The notes under the pieces are model-generated. The model was not told the DNA's origin. It made no database searches and saw only the letters and a program-made list of their open reading frames with translations. The position numbers were made by a program, and so were the translations under genes. Of a stretch of 64,000 bases of DNA, positions 1 through 10,895 are shown piece by piece (positions within the stretch are counted from its first letter, which is position 1; each line of letters opens with the position of its first letter). The stretch comes from Eledone cirrhosa (lineage: Eukaryota): the NCBI GenBank assembly GCA_964016885.1, contig OZ024740.1, forward strand, positions 182,838,001-182,902,000. The letters are read 5' to 3'.

Positions 1-395
1 GGAATACCAATCCTAGATTATCACTTAGACTAACAATGCTGTAAGACAGGTGTCTACAAGATGGGTGGGTTCAATGGTTTAAAGAAAAGGGAAATTCTTT
101 AGAAGCTAATTCTTTAAGGCTGGAATAAGGGTGTCAAAGGCAGAGAGGGTTCGATCAACAGATTCAAGTGTTGGGATGATTCCTCTTATTGTGAAGTTTC
201 TCTTAATATGTATTCCAGGTGTCGACAAGCACATTCACACACTCGCCCACTTACACATGTACACACACAAACACGCACGCACACAACAAACATACATAAT
301 GGTACATACACACATACACATATACAAATATATACACATATATATACACATACATACAAATATGTGCACACACACATGCATATATATATATATAT
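1..395. repeat. Left arm of a long imperfect inverted repeat (partner ~3170-3595); probably continues left of the window
   Basis: 1-395 is the reverse complement of ~3170-3595 (mirrored ORFs 131..553+ and 3141..3464- both begin MSKAERVRSTDSSVG). Confidence 0.9.
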
Positions 396-399
396 ATAG

Positions 400-860
400 A
401 AGTGTTTACACAACAGTTAGTTCACCATACCGAGAACAATTGTTTCACCTTAGCGGATCCTCAGCTCGTAATGGACATGGTTATACGGAACAGGAAGGAC
501 AACTGTACGAACATGCATACGCAGAAACGATCACTTCACACAGGCAATACTAAATTGTATGCGAGAGGTGTAAGGGAGATAACTGCGAAAGTTTAGAAAG
601 TTTCTAGTTGATAAGAAAATTAGGATGTTGTTGTAATTCAATCCGGAGCTTTGGAGTTATGTAAGAGGTGTTTCCAGACGTATCGACAACGTGCGAAGAA
701 TTCATTTCTTGGGTTTAGGCAATAACAATTGCGTAATGTCTTTAGAATATTTATTCGTTCATCAATACATAGTCCACAAGACGGATTGCCCCTTGCGTAC
801 AGCTTGGACTTAGTGATGGCTTTCCATTGAATGGAGTAGTCTATAGTTGAGTCCTGCGTG
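400..860 (-). mobile_element. 3' remnant of a Penelope-like element (Hydra-clade-like GIY-YIG C-terminus + 3' UTR)
   Basis: Minus strand encodes YSIQWKAITKS..CGLCIDERINIL..LNPRNEFFARCR, homologous to the CNLCLNEK..INRRSDLFSICLH end of the PLE at 45.4 kb; an HHR follows downstream. Confidence 0.75.
425..474 (-). ncRNA. Minimal type I hammerhead ribozyme motif
   Basis: Minus strand: ccattaCGAG-CUGAGGA-uccgcuaaggu-GAAAC-AAUU-GUU-CUCGguaugg; palindromic stem III (acaattgt), stem I CGAG/CUCG extended by CCAU/AUGG. Confidence 0.75.
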
Positions 861-1007
861 TCTATATATGTATGTGTATATATATATATGTAGTTTATTA
901 AATGAACAGAAAACAGAGAGGCAGTACAAATGATATGGTTTTTAGTTTCACACACACTATATATATATATGTGTGTGTGTGTGTTTATATATATGTGTGT
1001 ATATGTG

Positions 1008-1057
<50 letters not shown>

Positions 1058-1328
1058 CATGTATATATATATATGTATATATATATATGTATGTGTGTAT
1101 GTATGTATATATATATATGTGCGTACGTCTGTATATATGTATGTATAAGTGTACGTTTGAATGTGTGTATGCATGAGACCGTGTGTATATGGTTGGTGTT
1201 AGGTAGGGCATCCAGTCGTAGAAAACCCGCCAGACAGTCCTATACGAGCAAGACAACTAATGTTACCTCACATGGGACAATTCCCATCTAAACCCATGCT
1301 AGAGTGGAAGATAGATGTTAAACGATGA

Positions 1329-1386
<58 letters not shown>

Positions 1387-1501
1387 ATATGTATATATAT
1401 ATATATATAACGAAGGAGTTGTGGTAAGGAACCAGATGAACGATAACGCACCAGAGTACTCAATACTGAGGGTAGTAGAGAGGGTAATAGGAGAAAGTAT
1501 G

Positions 1502-1600
1502 ACCCCGACGGCAGTGCTGAAGCCATTTCGACGGCTATTTCTGGAATAAAGTAAGAGTTTTTTTAGTCTGGTAAATAAATAGCCGAACTTTTCAAGGGGT
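1502..1600 (-). ncRNA. Hammerhead ribozyme, U3:A8 core variant (mirror copy)
   Basis: Minus strand: ACCCC-UUGAAAA-long stem II-GAA-AUGGC-uucagcacu-GCCGU-C-GGGGU. Confidence 0.7.
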
Positions 1601-2408
1601 ACTTACTTATATGGGAAGATTGTAGTTGTCAAGAGGATTGGTCAAAATTTCTAGCAGACACAGAAAAGTCTATCATGGTAGTATGTGCGGGGTGGGGTTA
1701 ACTGAACTGTCCTGTAGAACGACAGGCGAGTGGGTAGAGCCGGTCAAGCGTAGAAGGTGAAATCTATACGGCAAATTCTAAGGAATGTTTATGAAAGTAG
1801 GCCAGAGGAGGTTGGCGAAAAAAGGTTTCTTTAGAAAGTAGAGGAGGGATGTTATAGGAATAGTAAATCCAAAGCGATTAGGGGACAATGAAAAAATATA
1901 GCAGCTGTGTTAGACCCCAGAGATGTGGTTTTAATTTTTAATTCTAAATTTTCACATCTAGCAACTCATTCTATAGCTTTGGCCGAAATAGCAGCACCAA
2001 CTAAATATAGCAACTGTGTTAGGCTCCTTAGTTTTTGTTTTATTTCACTTCTCACTTCCCAATCTTACATTTTGATACATCTTTCTCTCATTTTTTATTA
2101 TATTCTTTTATATTTTTTCATTGGCCCCTAATCGCTTTTGATTTACTATTTCTATAACGTCCCTCCTCCACTTTCTAAAGAAACCTTTTTTCGCCAACCT
2201 CCTCTGACCTACTTTCATACAAATTCTTTAGAATTTGCCATGTAGATTTCACCTTCTACGCTTGACCGGCTCTACCCACTCCCCTATCGTTCTATAGGCA
2301 AGTTCAGCCTTCCCCACTCCGCACCCACTGCCATGATAGAGGTTTCTGTGTCTGCTACAAATTTTGACCAATCCTCTTGACAACTACAATCTTCCCATAT
2401 AAGGAAGT

Positions 2409-2507
2409 ACCCCTTGAAAAGTTCGGCTATTTATTTACCAGACTAAAAAAACTCTTACTTTAGTCCAGAAATAGCCGTCGAAACGGCTTGAGCTCTGCCG
2501 TCGGGGT
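2409..2507 (+). ncRNA. Hammerhead ribozyme, U3:A8 core variant with extended stem II
   Basis: ACCCC(2409-13)-UUGAAAA(2414-20)-stem II cggctattt/aaatagccg with internal gactaaa/tttagtc hairpin-GAA-ACGGC-loop-GCCGU-C(2502)-GGGGU. Confidence 0.75.
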
Positions 2508-2523
2508 CATATTTTCTCCTATG

Positions 2524-2576
<53 letters not shown>

Positions 2577-2727
2577 ATACTTTGGGAGGGTCATGTTGCC
2601 AATAAGAAACACACGCACCAGTTGCTTTCACTTCAATTTAATTTAATATATATTTATAAATTTACAAATTTATAAATTTCTGGTTGGTTGGTTGGTTCCA
2701 CAACCAGATAGTTGTTTATATATATAT

Positions 2728-2772
2728 AGTCATAGTTCTTTCGTCACACACTCTGTGACCTCTTCAGTGACT
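2728..2772 (-). ncRNA. Minimal hammerhead ribozyme (left arm of palindrome)
   Basis: Exact reverse complement of the motif at 2902-2946. Confidence 0.75.
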
Positions 2773-2901
2773 GGGGATTTCTTTCTTCGTTTCTGTGCCT
2801 TTCCTTTCTTCTATCCTACGCCATTTTGTTTGTGTGTCACACAAACAAAATGGCGTAGGATAGAAGAAAGGAAAGGCACAGAAACGAAGAAAGAAATCCC
2901 C

Positions 2902-2946
2902 AGTCACTGAAGAGGTCACAGAGTGTGTGACGAAAGAACTATGACT
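2902..2946 (+). ncRNA. Minimal hammerhead ribozyme (right arm of palindrome)
   Basis: AGUCA-CUGAAGA-gGUCACA..UGUGAC-GAAA-gaac-UA-UGACU; stem I AGUCA/UGACU, CUA cleavage triplet. Confidence 0.75.
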
Positions 2947-3161
2947 ATATATATATAAACAACTATCTGGTTGTGGAACCAACCAACCAACCAGAAATTT
3001 ATAAATTTGTAAATTTATAAATATATATTAAATTAAATTGAAGTGAAAGCAACTGGTGCGTGTGTTTCTTATTGGCAACATGACCCTCCCAAAGTATAAC
3101 AATATCGGTTTCAACACACGATTTCAGATAAAGAATCTTGCTAAACAAATTCAGAAACGAA

Positions 3162-3169
<8 letters not shown>

Positions 3170-3198
<29 letters not shown>

Positions 3199-3840
3199 CG
3201 TATGTATGTACGCATATTTGTTTGTATGTGTATATATATGTGTATATATTTGAATATGTGTATGTGTGTATGTACCATTATGTATGTTTGTTGTGTGTGT
3301 GCCTGCTTGTGTGTGCATGCGTGTTTGTGTGTGTACCTGTGTAAGTGGGCGAGTGTGTGAATGTGCTTGTCGACACCTGGAATATATATTAAGTGAAACT
3401 TCACAATAAGGGGAATCACCCCTACACTTGAATCTGTTGATCGAACCCTCTCTGCCTTTGACACCCTTATTCCAGCCTTAAAGAATTAGCTTCTAAAGAA
3501 TTTCCCTTTTCTTTAAACCATTGAACCCCAACCATCCTGTAGACACCTGTCTTACAGCATTGTTAGTCTAAGTGATAATCTAGGATTGGTATTCCAAATA
3601 TGATTTTGTTTACAGTATTATTCCTGCCTTTTTTAATACTATAGCTTTAAAGAATTAGCTTTTAATTAACTCCCTTTTCTTTAAATCCCTCAACCAATGA
3701 CCTCCACCCATCCAATCCCCACCCTCTGCTACTACCAGAAAAGAATTTATATACATACCACTACTTACTTGGACAGCCAGCATCCTGATGATTTCTCACG
3801 ATTGAAACAGTTCTAGTCCTGTAGAAGCTCTTCTATATTA
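3170..3840 (+). mobile_element. Right arm of outer inverted repeat extending to an HHR-bearing end; probable PLE pseudo-LTR
   Basis: Reverse complement of 1-395 up to 3595, then HHR at 3780-3828, ending in (TA)n. Confidence 0.6.
3780..3828 (+). ncRNA. Hammerhead ribozyme motif (partly decayed stem II)
   Basis: GCAUC-CUGAUGA-uuucucacgauu-GAA-ACAG-uucuaguc-CUGU-A-GAAGC; a related decayed copy lies on the minus strand at ~28525-28575. Confidence 0.6.
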
Positions 3841-4304
3841 AAACTATATATATATATATATATATACAGTAATCTTTTCTTTTTTTTCTTCATTTTACAA
3901 TATACCAGCATACAACTCTTTTATTATTACTTCCAATATTTCTGATATTGTATTTTCTCTGTTTCTTTTGCCTGTTTCATTCATTTCATAACATTATATT
4001 CCACATTAATATTGTCCATTAGATTGTTATTGACTGTAAGTTGATATGGAGATGAGCAAACACTATTAAACAATGCTATATATATTTCGAACACCACTGC
4101 AAATAAACTGTCATAGTTATTGTATTCCAAAGCTTTAATGGAACAGTTTTGTGTTCAATGTCTGATTTACACAAACTGTATAAAAAGAGCAGCAACCAAC
4201 TTAATTGATGTGATGTGTAACTGCCAACTGAGGCAGTAAATTCTGACTACTTGTAGACTGAGCTTTGTCAATGACTGATATATTAGATTTGTAAGTGGTC
4301 ATAC

Positions 4305-4448
4305 GTTTTCATCTTTGTTTCTATAGCCACCTTTTTTCTGCTGGAACAGATTGAATGGATCGTTTTGAAGTGGCATTCTATAACAAGATACCCTTTCTGA
4401 TGTCAACTGTTCATTATGTGGAGGTGTACTTTTTCCACTGATATTAAC
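4305..4448 (-). CDS. Candidate internal exon of an unidentified host gene (48 codons, phase 0/0)
   Basis: Minus strand caacag|GTT...GAAAAC|gtatga, 144 nt, open: VNISGKSTPPHNEQLTSERVSCYRMPLQNDPFNLFQQKKGGYRNKDEN; unique, non-repeat-like sequence. Confidence 0.4.
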
Positions 4449-5154
4449 CTGTTGAACTACTAAGCTGTGGGACACTACCAAACAACACATTTTGTTTAAG
4501 TAGAGTCAACTGGAAGACATAATTGGAGACAAACACACAGACTCTCACACATATATGAAGTGTTTCACCCTGTTTCTTTCCATTAAATTTAACTGACAAG
4601 GCATTGGTAAATTTTCCACTAGGTTGGATTGTACCAAAACACATGTGAACTATCTATCCAAAATCCTAGGCCTTCTCACTCCTGTTGGAATAATCCATCC
4701 CTAGTTGAACTGCACTGCTTCCTATCTCTGGCCATATTGGGCCATGTGGGACAGAGGAATTAGGTTGGCTTTGACCACTCTGTTCTGTTTGTCTTATTAC
4801 ACATATATATTATACCAGCTGAAAAAATTTTTTTTTCTGTTGCATGATCCAGCATTTTTAAATTGTCCCAAACCATTTTGCTGATATGAGAGCTGATGAG
4901 GATGAAAATGCATGGGACAACTTGTCTTGTACATCACCTCTCTTATTTACTTTTGCCAGTCACTTTCATGAGCCAACATACTTCTTGTTCTCCTCTCTCA
5001 ATATTTTCTGTATTTCATCTGCCTGTCACCCACTTTGTAGATTGTCTCTACGAAACCACTAGCCACTGATCTCTGCAACGCTGTCTTTAATAGCATTTCG
5101 CTGTTCTAACAGCTATTCTTGCATTGAGTTTTCTCATTTTCTCATTTATATATA

Positions 5155-6758
5155 CAGTGCCCCGCAAAAGTTTACAACACATTAGGAAAAATGCGATTTT
5201 AGGTATTTTTAATAAAGTTAGGGTAATGAAAATTTAACTACCGATAGAACATATAATGAGGCATTTAATGATACAATCATAGTTTTAAAAAAATAACAAG
5301 GAAATAACTCATGAAGAAAAATCAATATTTTTATAACGCAAAAGTTTACAACACATTTATTAAATCATCTCTTAATATTTCGTAGCGTAACCTTTGTTGC
5401 TAATTACAGCCTGTAGGGCGTTTGGAGTAGCCTCCTACAAACTTCTTGCATGTTTCTTGGCTAATATTTATCCATTCTTCACAACAAATTTTCTTTAGTT
5501 CAGGGATATTTTGGGGGTTCCTTTTTTGAATTCTCTCCACAAATTTTCGATCGGGTTAAGATCTGGAGACTGACATGGTCATTTTAGAACATTTATTCCA
5601 TTCGTACTTAACCAAGATTGTGTTAGCTTTGCAGTATGCTTTGGATTGTTATCTTGTTGAATAAACCAACCTGGCTTTAAGCTGAGAGAATGTGCAGTCT
5701 GATGTAAATTCCTTTGGAAAATACCTCTATAATAAGTGCCACCCATTCTTCCTTCTATTATTTCAATATTTCCTACTCCTGTGGCACTAAAGCAACCCCA
5801 GACCATGATTGATCCACCTCCAAATTTTACAGTTGGAATAGTATTCTTCAGCGAATATTCAGTACCTTTCTTTCTCCAGACTTTTGCCACAGCATTTCGA
5901 CCAAAATGTTCAATTTTTGTTTCGTCCGACTAAAGTACATCTTCCCAAAATGACGCAGGTTTGATGAGATGCTCATGTGCAAAGTTTAATCGACGAAGAA
6001 CGTGTTTCCTCGTAAGAAGTGGTGTTTTCCTTGGAGACCTCGAGAAGATATTATATCGACGAAGTGAACGACTAATTGTATCTGTGCTCACTTTTACTCC
6101 ACTTTCTTCTAGGTCATCCTGAAGATTTTTAAGAGTACACCGGGGTTCGTTGCCAACCTTTCTCGTCAATAACCGAGCTGCACGTTCCGTTATCTTTCTA
6201 GGACAACCAGAACTAATTAGAGGACAGATGGAATGATGAGATTTCCAGTGACGAATTATTGTACCAACTGAACTCAATAGCACATTTAACTGACAAGATA
6301 TCTTTCTATAACCAACACCATTTGTATGAAGGTCTACAATGCGTTTACAGAGGTCTTGATCAATCAGTTTATTTTTCCCCATATTGTCCATGTTTACAGG
6401 ACGGTTGTCAATGTTTACAGGATGTTTGTCAGACAAATAATGATGTAATGTTTTTAATAGTCCTTAGAAGTTACCTTAAACCTAATCTAGAACATTCTAC
6501 TGAATTTTAAATCTGAAAATTTAAGAATTTTCTTGAAAAAAAGCGATAAATATAAAATATGTTGTAAACTTTTGCGTTATAAAAATATTGATTTTTCTTC
6601 ATGTGTTATTTCCTTGTTATTTTTTTTTAAATATGATGGTATCATTAAATGCCTCATTATATGTTCTATCAGTAGTTAAATTTTCATTATCCTAACTTTA
6701 TTAAAAATACCTAAAACTGCATTTTTCCTAATGTGTTGTAAACTTTTGCGGGGCACTG
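5155..6758 (-). mobile_element. Tc1-family DNA transposon, IR-DR type
   Basis: ~200-bp TIRs starting CAGTGCCCCGCAAAAGTTTACAACA, inner direct repeat GCAAAAGTTTACAACA, TA duplication at both ends, transposase inside. Confidence 0.95.
5372..6382 (-). pseudogene. Tc1 transposase pseudogene
   Basis: MGKNKLIDQDL..SGCPRKIT..RKTPLL..(stop)SDETK..TVKFGGGSIMVWGCF..QQDNNPKH..(stop)..SPDLNPIENLW; stops at 5930 and 5579. Confidence 0.93.
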
Positions 6759-7586
6759 TATATATGCATTATATAAAGATAAGGAAAGAGCTATGAGGCT
6801 TTGGGTTATATCCTACTGAATATCACCTTTGGAAAATATCGTTTATATTAGCCTTGGTTAAACTAAAGTTATGTGAGTAGAGCAAACTGCACAAAAGACC
6901 CTCATATGTGTGTGTCTGTACATGTGTGTTTTGCATTGACACTGTTCAAGCAGAGAGTGGTATTTGCTGACATCCAAAAGTTTAACGGCTCGATGAACAT
7001 CAGCATTATACAGCATACTTACAAATAAAATATGGGATGGAATCAGAAAGAGCATCTAGCTGCAGAATACCCCCCACCCCACTCCACCATAAAAGAATGT
7101 TGGTCAAGCTCATGCCAGTATGAAAAGACAGGCATAAAACCGATGATGATCTTCAAATATTTTTCTTTGCCATAGTGTGACATGGGAACCATACAACCAC
7201 AGGCATACACCAACTCATACACCAACTAAAATAGATGATATAAGATAAATCTAAAATATACATTAACCAACTACCTCACATAACCAGTAATATATATATA
7301 TATATATATAGAGTGTATTCAACCTGTTTGTATTTATCGATGCTGTGCTATTAAATATAGCCTCATACATTTGGTTGCTTTATTCTTAGTGTCACACTTT
7401 CTTAATTTTTTCAGTTTACTCTGGAAGAAAACATTAACTGTTCATGCCATTGTGTGCTTTGTGATTACCTCAAACAATTTGATAGGTATCTGCTATACTG
7501 CAGCTACAACTTCAATTTATACCTATTATTATCAGTATTGCATGTGTGTGTGTTTATATATATATATATATACATATAATGATAAT

Positions 7587-7768
7587 AATTGTTTCTACTT
7601 TTGGCACAAGGCCAGCAATTACCCAGTATATTACTGCTACTTTATTTTATCGACCCTGTAAGGATGAAACGCAAAACTAACCTCGACAGGATTTGAACTC
7701 AGACCATAAAGGGCCGTAACTCTTTGCTTCAAAGCATGGCGTCCAACCCTCTACCGATACTGCCAAAT
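7587..7768 (-). mobile_element. tRNA-derived SINE family (other copies ~23133-23245, ~34888-35060, ~49726-49905, decayed ~17730-17860, ~25300-25440)
   Basis: Dispersed near-identical copies; minus strand has TGGCAGTATCGG (A-box-like) and GAGTTCAAATCC (B-box-like). Confidence 0.75.
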
Positions 7769-7789
7769 ATAATGATGATAATAGTTATA

Positions 7790-8310
7790 AATCGAAGTTG
7801 TAGCCACAGTCACAAAGCACACAATGGCATGAAAAGTTAATGATTTCAACCAGAGTAAACTAAAAGAATTAAGCCTACTACCTCCGATACCCAACCATAG
7901 ATAGGAGACTTGTGCAACTCCCACATTAAGGAAGCGTGTCCACTCGAAACAAATGCCTGATGAATCACATATATAAATGCGATGTCATCTCAGACATTGA
8001 GAACAACAAAAAAAAACATATATCGGAATGACATCCAATAAATGTAAGACCTGGTGGTATGCCCATACCCACGCATTCAGAAGACCAGACAAATACAATC
8101 AAACAACACTCACTGACTATGGCTTGGACCTCAAGAGGAAGTCCACCCCTTTCACGATCAAATGAAAATTACTCCAGAGAGCACGCTCAAACATAGGATG
8201 AAACAAGTGTTGTGATATTTGTGTTTCGGAGAGCTCTGAAATACTATTTGCAAAGGGCGTGAAACTAAACAAAGTCTCTGAACAGTGCCCAAACTGCATG
8301 CACAAAAATT
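7790..8310 (+). pseudogene. Decayed Penelope-like GIY-YIG fragment (Hydra-clade-like) with a short inverted copy at ~7400-7530
   Basis: With frameshifts reads CNSHIKEACPL..KCLMNHIYKCDV..TYIGMTSNKCKTWWYAHTHAFR..TTLTDY..LKRK..FTIK*KLL..CDICVSE..LNKVSE..CMHKN. Confidence 0.75.
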
Positions 8311-9006
8311 ATGCATGAGGCTTGGGGTTATATCCTACTGAATATCACATTTGGAAAATATCGTTTATATGTATGTATGTATGTACGCATGCATGTATGT
8401 ATGTACGCATGCATGCGCTTTTGTCTGTGCGTATTTGTGTGTATAAATATTTATATATATATATATGTGTATGTACGTGCGTACCTATGTTTGTTTTCTT
8501 TTCTCTAGTGTTAATTGATTACTTTCTCTTTGATTTATAAAATATTTTTTCATTCTCATATATTGTTTCATTTTTATACATATATCGAGAATGACACTTC
8601 TTTTTACTATTACACTCCCTTCCCTCTTTATCTTCTGCATATAAGTGACCGTGCATGTGTGTGTGTTTATACGCGTGCTTTCATACTCGTATGTGTATTT
8701 AATACCTGTATCTGGATGCGTGTCAACTATATTATCATACAATTTCTTTTTCAACTCATATTATGTACGTAGTTGTGGTCACATATACACAAATATACTT
8801 GCCCTCTTATATGTACTAACGCACACATTTTCACCATACACATGCATTTTTACACTCACAAATATGTACATTTGTGAGTGTATATACATACATATACAAA
8901 TACCCTAACTATATTTCTTATTTTTTAATATATCTCTTGCATTACTTTTATTTATATATTTTTTGCATTTCTTGAGGAGACTTTTCAAATATTTCACTAT
9001 GTTTTA

Positions 9007-9084
9007 AATTGCCTTGTCCGACGAACGAATGAGGACGTTTTTCGTATTCGTCTTATTCGGGAAACCTCTGGTATTGAGGTAATT
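9007..9084 (+). ncRNA. Degenerate hammerhead (U4C) at the 3' end of the 7.8-8.3 kb PLE
   Basis: aattgcctt..CCGACGA-a-cgaatgaggacg/cgtcttattcg-g-GAAACC-ucu-GGUA-ttgaggtaatt. Confidence 0.55.
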
Positions 9085-9185
9085 ATATTGTATTGTTTAT
9101 TATACATTAAATTTTGCTCCGGTACTTACATAGAGCACTCTTCACTCCTATGACTTTTTCAATTTTCAACGGAAACTTCAATACT

Positions 9186-9277
<92 letters not shown>

Positions 9278-9460
9278 TATATGTATGTATGTATATATAT
9301 TTGTTTACATCCATATATGTTTGTCAGGGCATTTTATGTTAATGTTTTATATATGTATATGTATGTGTGTGTATATATATATATATATATAATCAAGGTT
9401 TAGCAAATAAGAAAAAGTTTCAAAATAAATTTCAAAAAATTCACACCACTTACTATGGTT

Positions 9461-9547
9461 ACCTTTACCGAATCGGTTTCGAGTCTCAAAAATAAATGGA
9501 CAGTCCTTGCGGGCTTCCATTGAAAAGATAAACTCTCGTTAGAAGGT
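9461..9547 (-). ncRNA. Hammerhead motif (G5A) with long stem II and near-palindromic stem III
   Basis: Minus strand: ACCUU-CUAACGA-GAGUU...GACUC-GAA-ACCGA-U-UCGGU-A-AAGGU. Confidence 0.6.
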
Positions 9548-9599
9548 TCCTTTCACTCGGAGAATATAAAATTCCCGAGTTCAAATTACGGTTATATAT

Positions 9600-10100
9600 A
9601 TCTACCTTAAGGTATGCGGCAAGTTCCTTGGCTGCTGTATTAATGTTGTGGTAGGCCATAGGGTTAGCTTTCTTATATTTATAAGTAATAGCGTTATGGG
9701 CCAGGTGGCGGAAAGTGGTGTTGTCGACTTCGTAAATATTATTAGATTTGTCGGAAAGAACGAAGGTGTTATTAGAAGACCTAAATTTCTTAATATCGTT
9801 TCTGAGTTTCGTTTGAAAGGTGTTAGGGTGTTTGCGAAAGGAAATGTTAGCGACTAAGTCAAGAAGGTCCGTCTCGAAAGGAGTAAGTTCAGTTATCTGA
9901 GGAGGGTAGGCTCTCGATTTCAGGTTGAAGGTGTTATTGGTGCCTGTAATTTTGCCGTCAAAAGGGCTCGCCATCTTAAGAGACTGACGACATATTCCGC
10001 TTTTTGTAGGAGGAACATTTGGTAAACATGGTTGGAGGGGGTTGGAATGTTCTTCAGGGAGTAATCCAGTTCGTATAAATCTATTCTGACGTTGATGGGA
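9600..10100 (-). pseudogene. N-terminal fragment of a Penelope-like ORF (Hydra-clade-like)
   Basis: YSLKNIPTPS..LLRWRA..FNLKS..PPQITELTPFETDLLDLV..F..LSDKSNNIY motifs in ORFs 9920..10156 and 9486..9974. Confidence 0.8.
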
Positions 10101-10845
10101 CGCAAAATTGTGTAGGACACGCGGATATATAGAGCGCTCTCAGGGTAGCAAGCCAAATTTGCACGTGGTGAAGAATCTGCTAAAAGCCAAACATCTACGC
10201 AGTGAAGAGAATCTCTCTAGCGTAGATTTCTTAGACATTAATTTAGACCTTCGCACACACACCCACATACCCTTCCATAAGCTAAACGAGAAACTTAATT
10301 ACATTCACAAGGACTCATGCCACCCTACCACTGTTTTTTGAAACTTCGTTAAGAATATCAGTACTAGAATATCAAACCTCTCCTCTAATAAGGCTATCTT
10401 TGACAGGGCGGCACCCACTATAACACGGCGTTAGCTAACAGCGGCTTCGCGCAACCTATCACTTACTCTCCCACTAGCAACAACACCATTCAGAAAAGTA
10501 AGCGCAACAATAGACAAACTATCTGGTTCTCTCCTCCCTTCTCACTCAACGTTAAAACCAATGTAGGACAAAAATGTCTAGCCCTCTTAGATAGACACTT
10601 CCGCATAGGTCATAAATACCGCTCCATCTTTAACCGACACAAAGTTAAACTAGGATACGCATGCGCTAAGAACATGAAGGACCACATCACCAGCAGCCCT
10701 AGGAGCAACACCCCACCAGGGTGCTTTTGCCGTAAGCCTGAAGCTTATCCCCTTCAACAGCAATGCAACACACCAGCTGTAATCTATGAAGCTGTGGTCA
10801 CTTCCAAACGAACCACAGGAGGTCAAATCCTATGTGGGCATGGAT

Positions 10846-10850
<5 letters not shown>
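10100..10850 (+). pseudogene. C-terminal RT/thumb/linker/start of GIY-YIG of a Penelope-like ORF, opposite orientation to 9600-10100
   Basis: VDFLDINLDL..PFHKLNEKLNYIHKDSCHP; IWFSPPFS; GCFCRKPEAYPLQQQC..AVIYEAVV..SYVG; homologous to ORF 45500..46981. Confidence 0.8.

Positions 10851-10893
<43 letters not shown>

Positions 10894-10895
<2 letters not shown>

Larger units (their letters stand above)
1487..2522. repeat. Imperfect inverted repeat (arms 1487-1900 / 2109-2522, ~210 bp spacer), probable inverted PLE pseudo-LTR pair
   Basis: Arms are reverse complements with scattered substitutions; flanked by (TA)n; each arm carries an HHR. Confidence 0.9.
2569..3105. repeat. Perfect 537-bp palindrome (1-nt spacer at 2837)
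   Basis: Arms are exact reverse complements by inspection; mirrored ORFs 2692..2910+ and 2764..2982-. Confidence 0.95.

Noticed and set aside
131-1549. Many [12 protein letters not shown] ORFs here and throughout the window
   Set aside because: Translations of (TA)n/(CA)n microsatellites; no coding signal.
2692-2982. Twin 72-aa ORFs on opposite strands
   Set aside because: By-product of the palindrome; non-ATG start, no motif.
7951-8000. CTGATGA followed by a hairpin, resembling a hammerhead
   Set aside because: No GAAA core; the bases are PLE coding sequence (KCLMNHIYKCDV).
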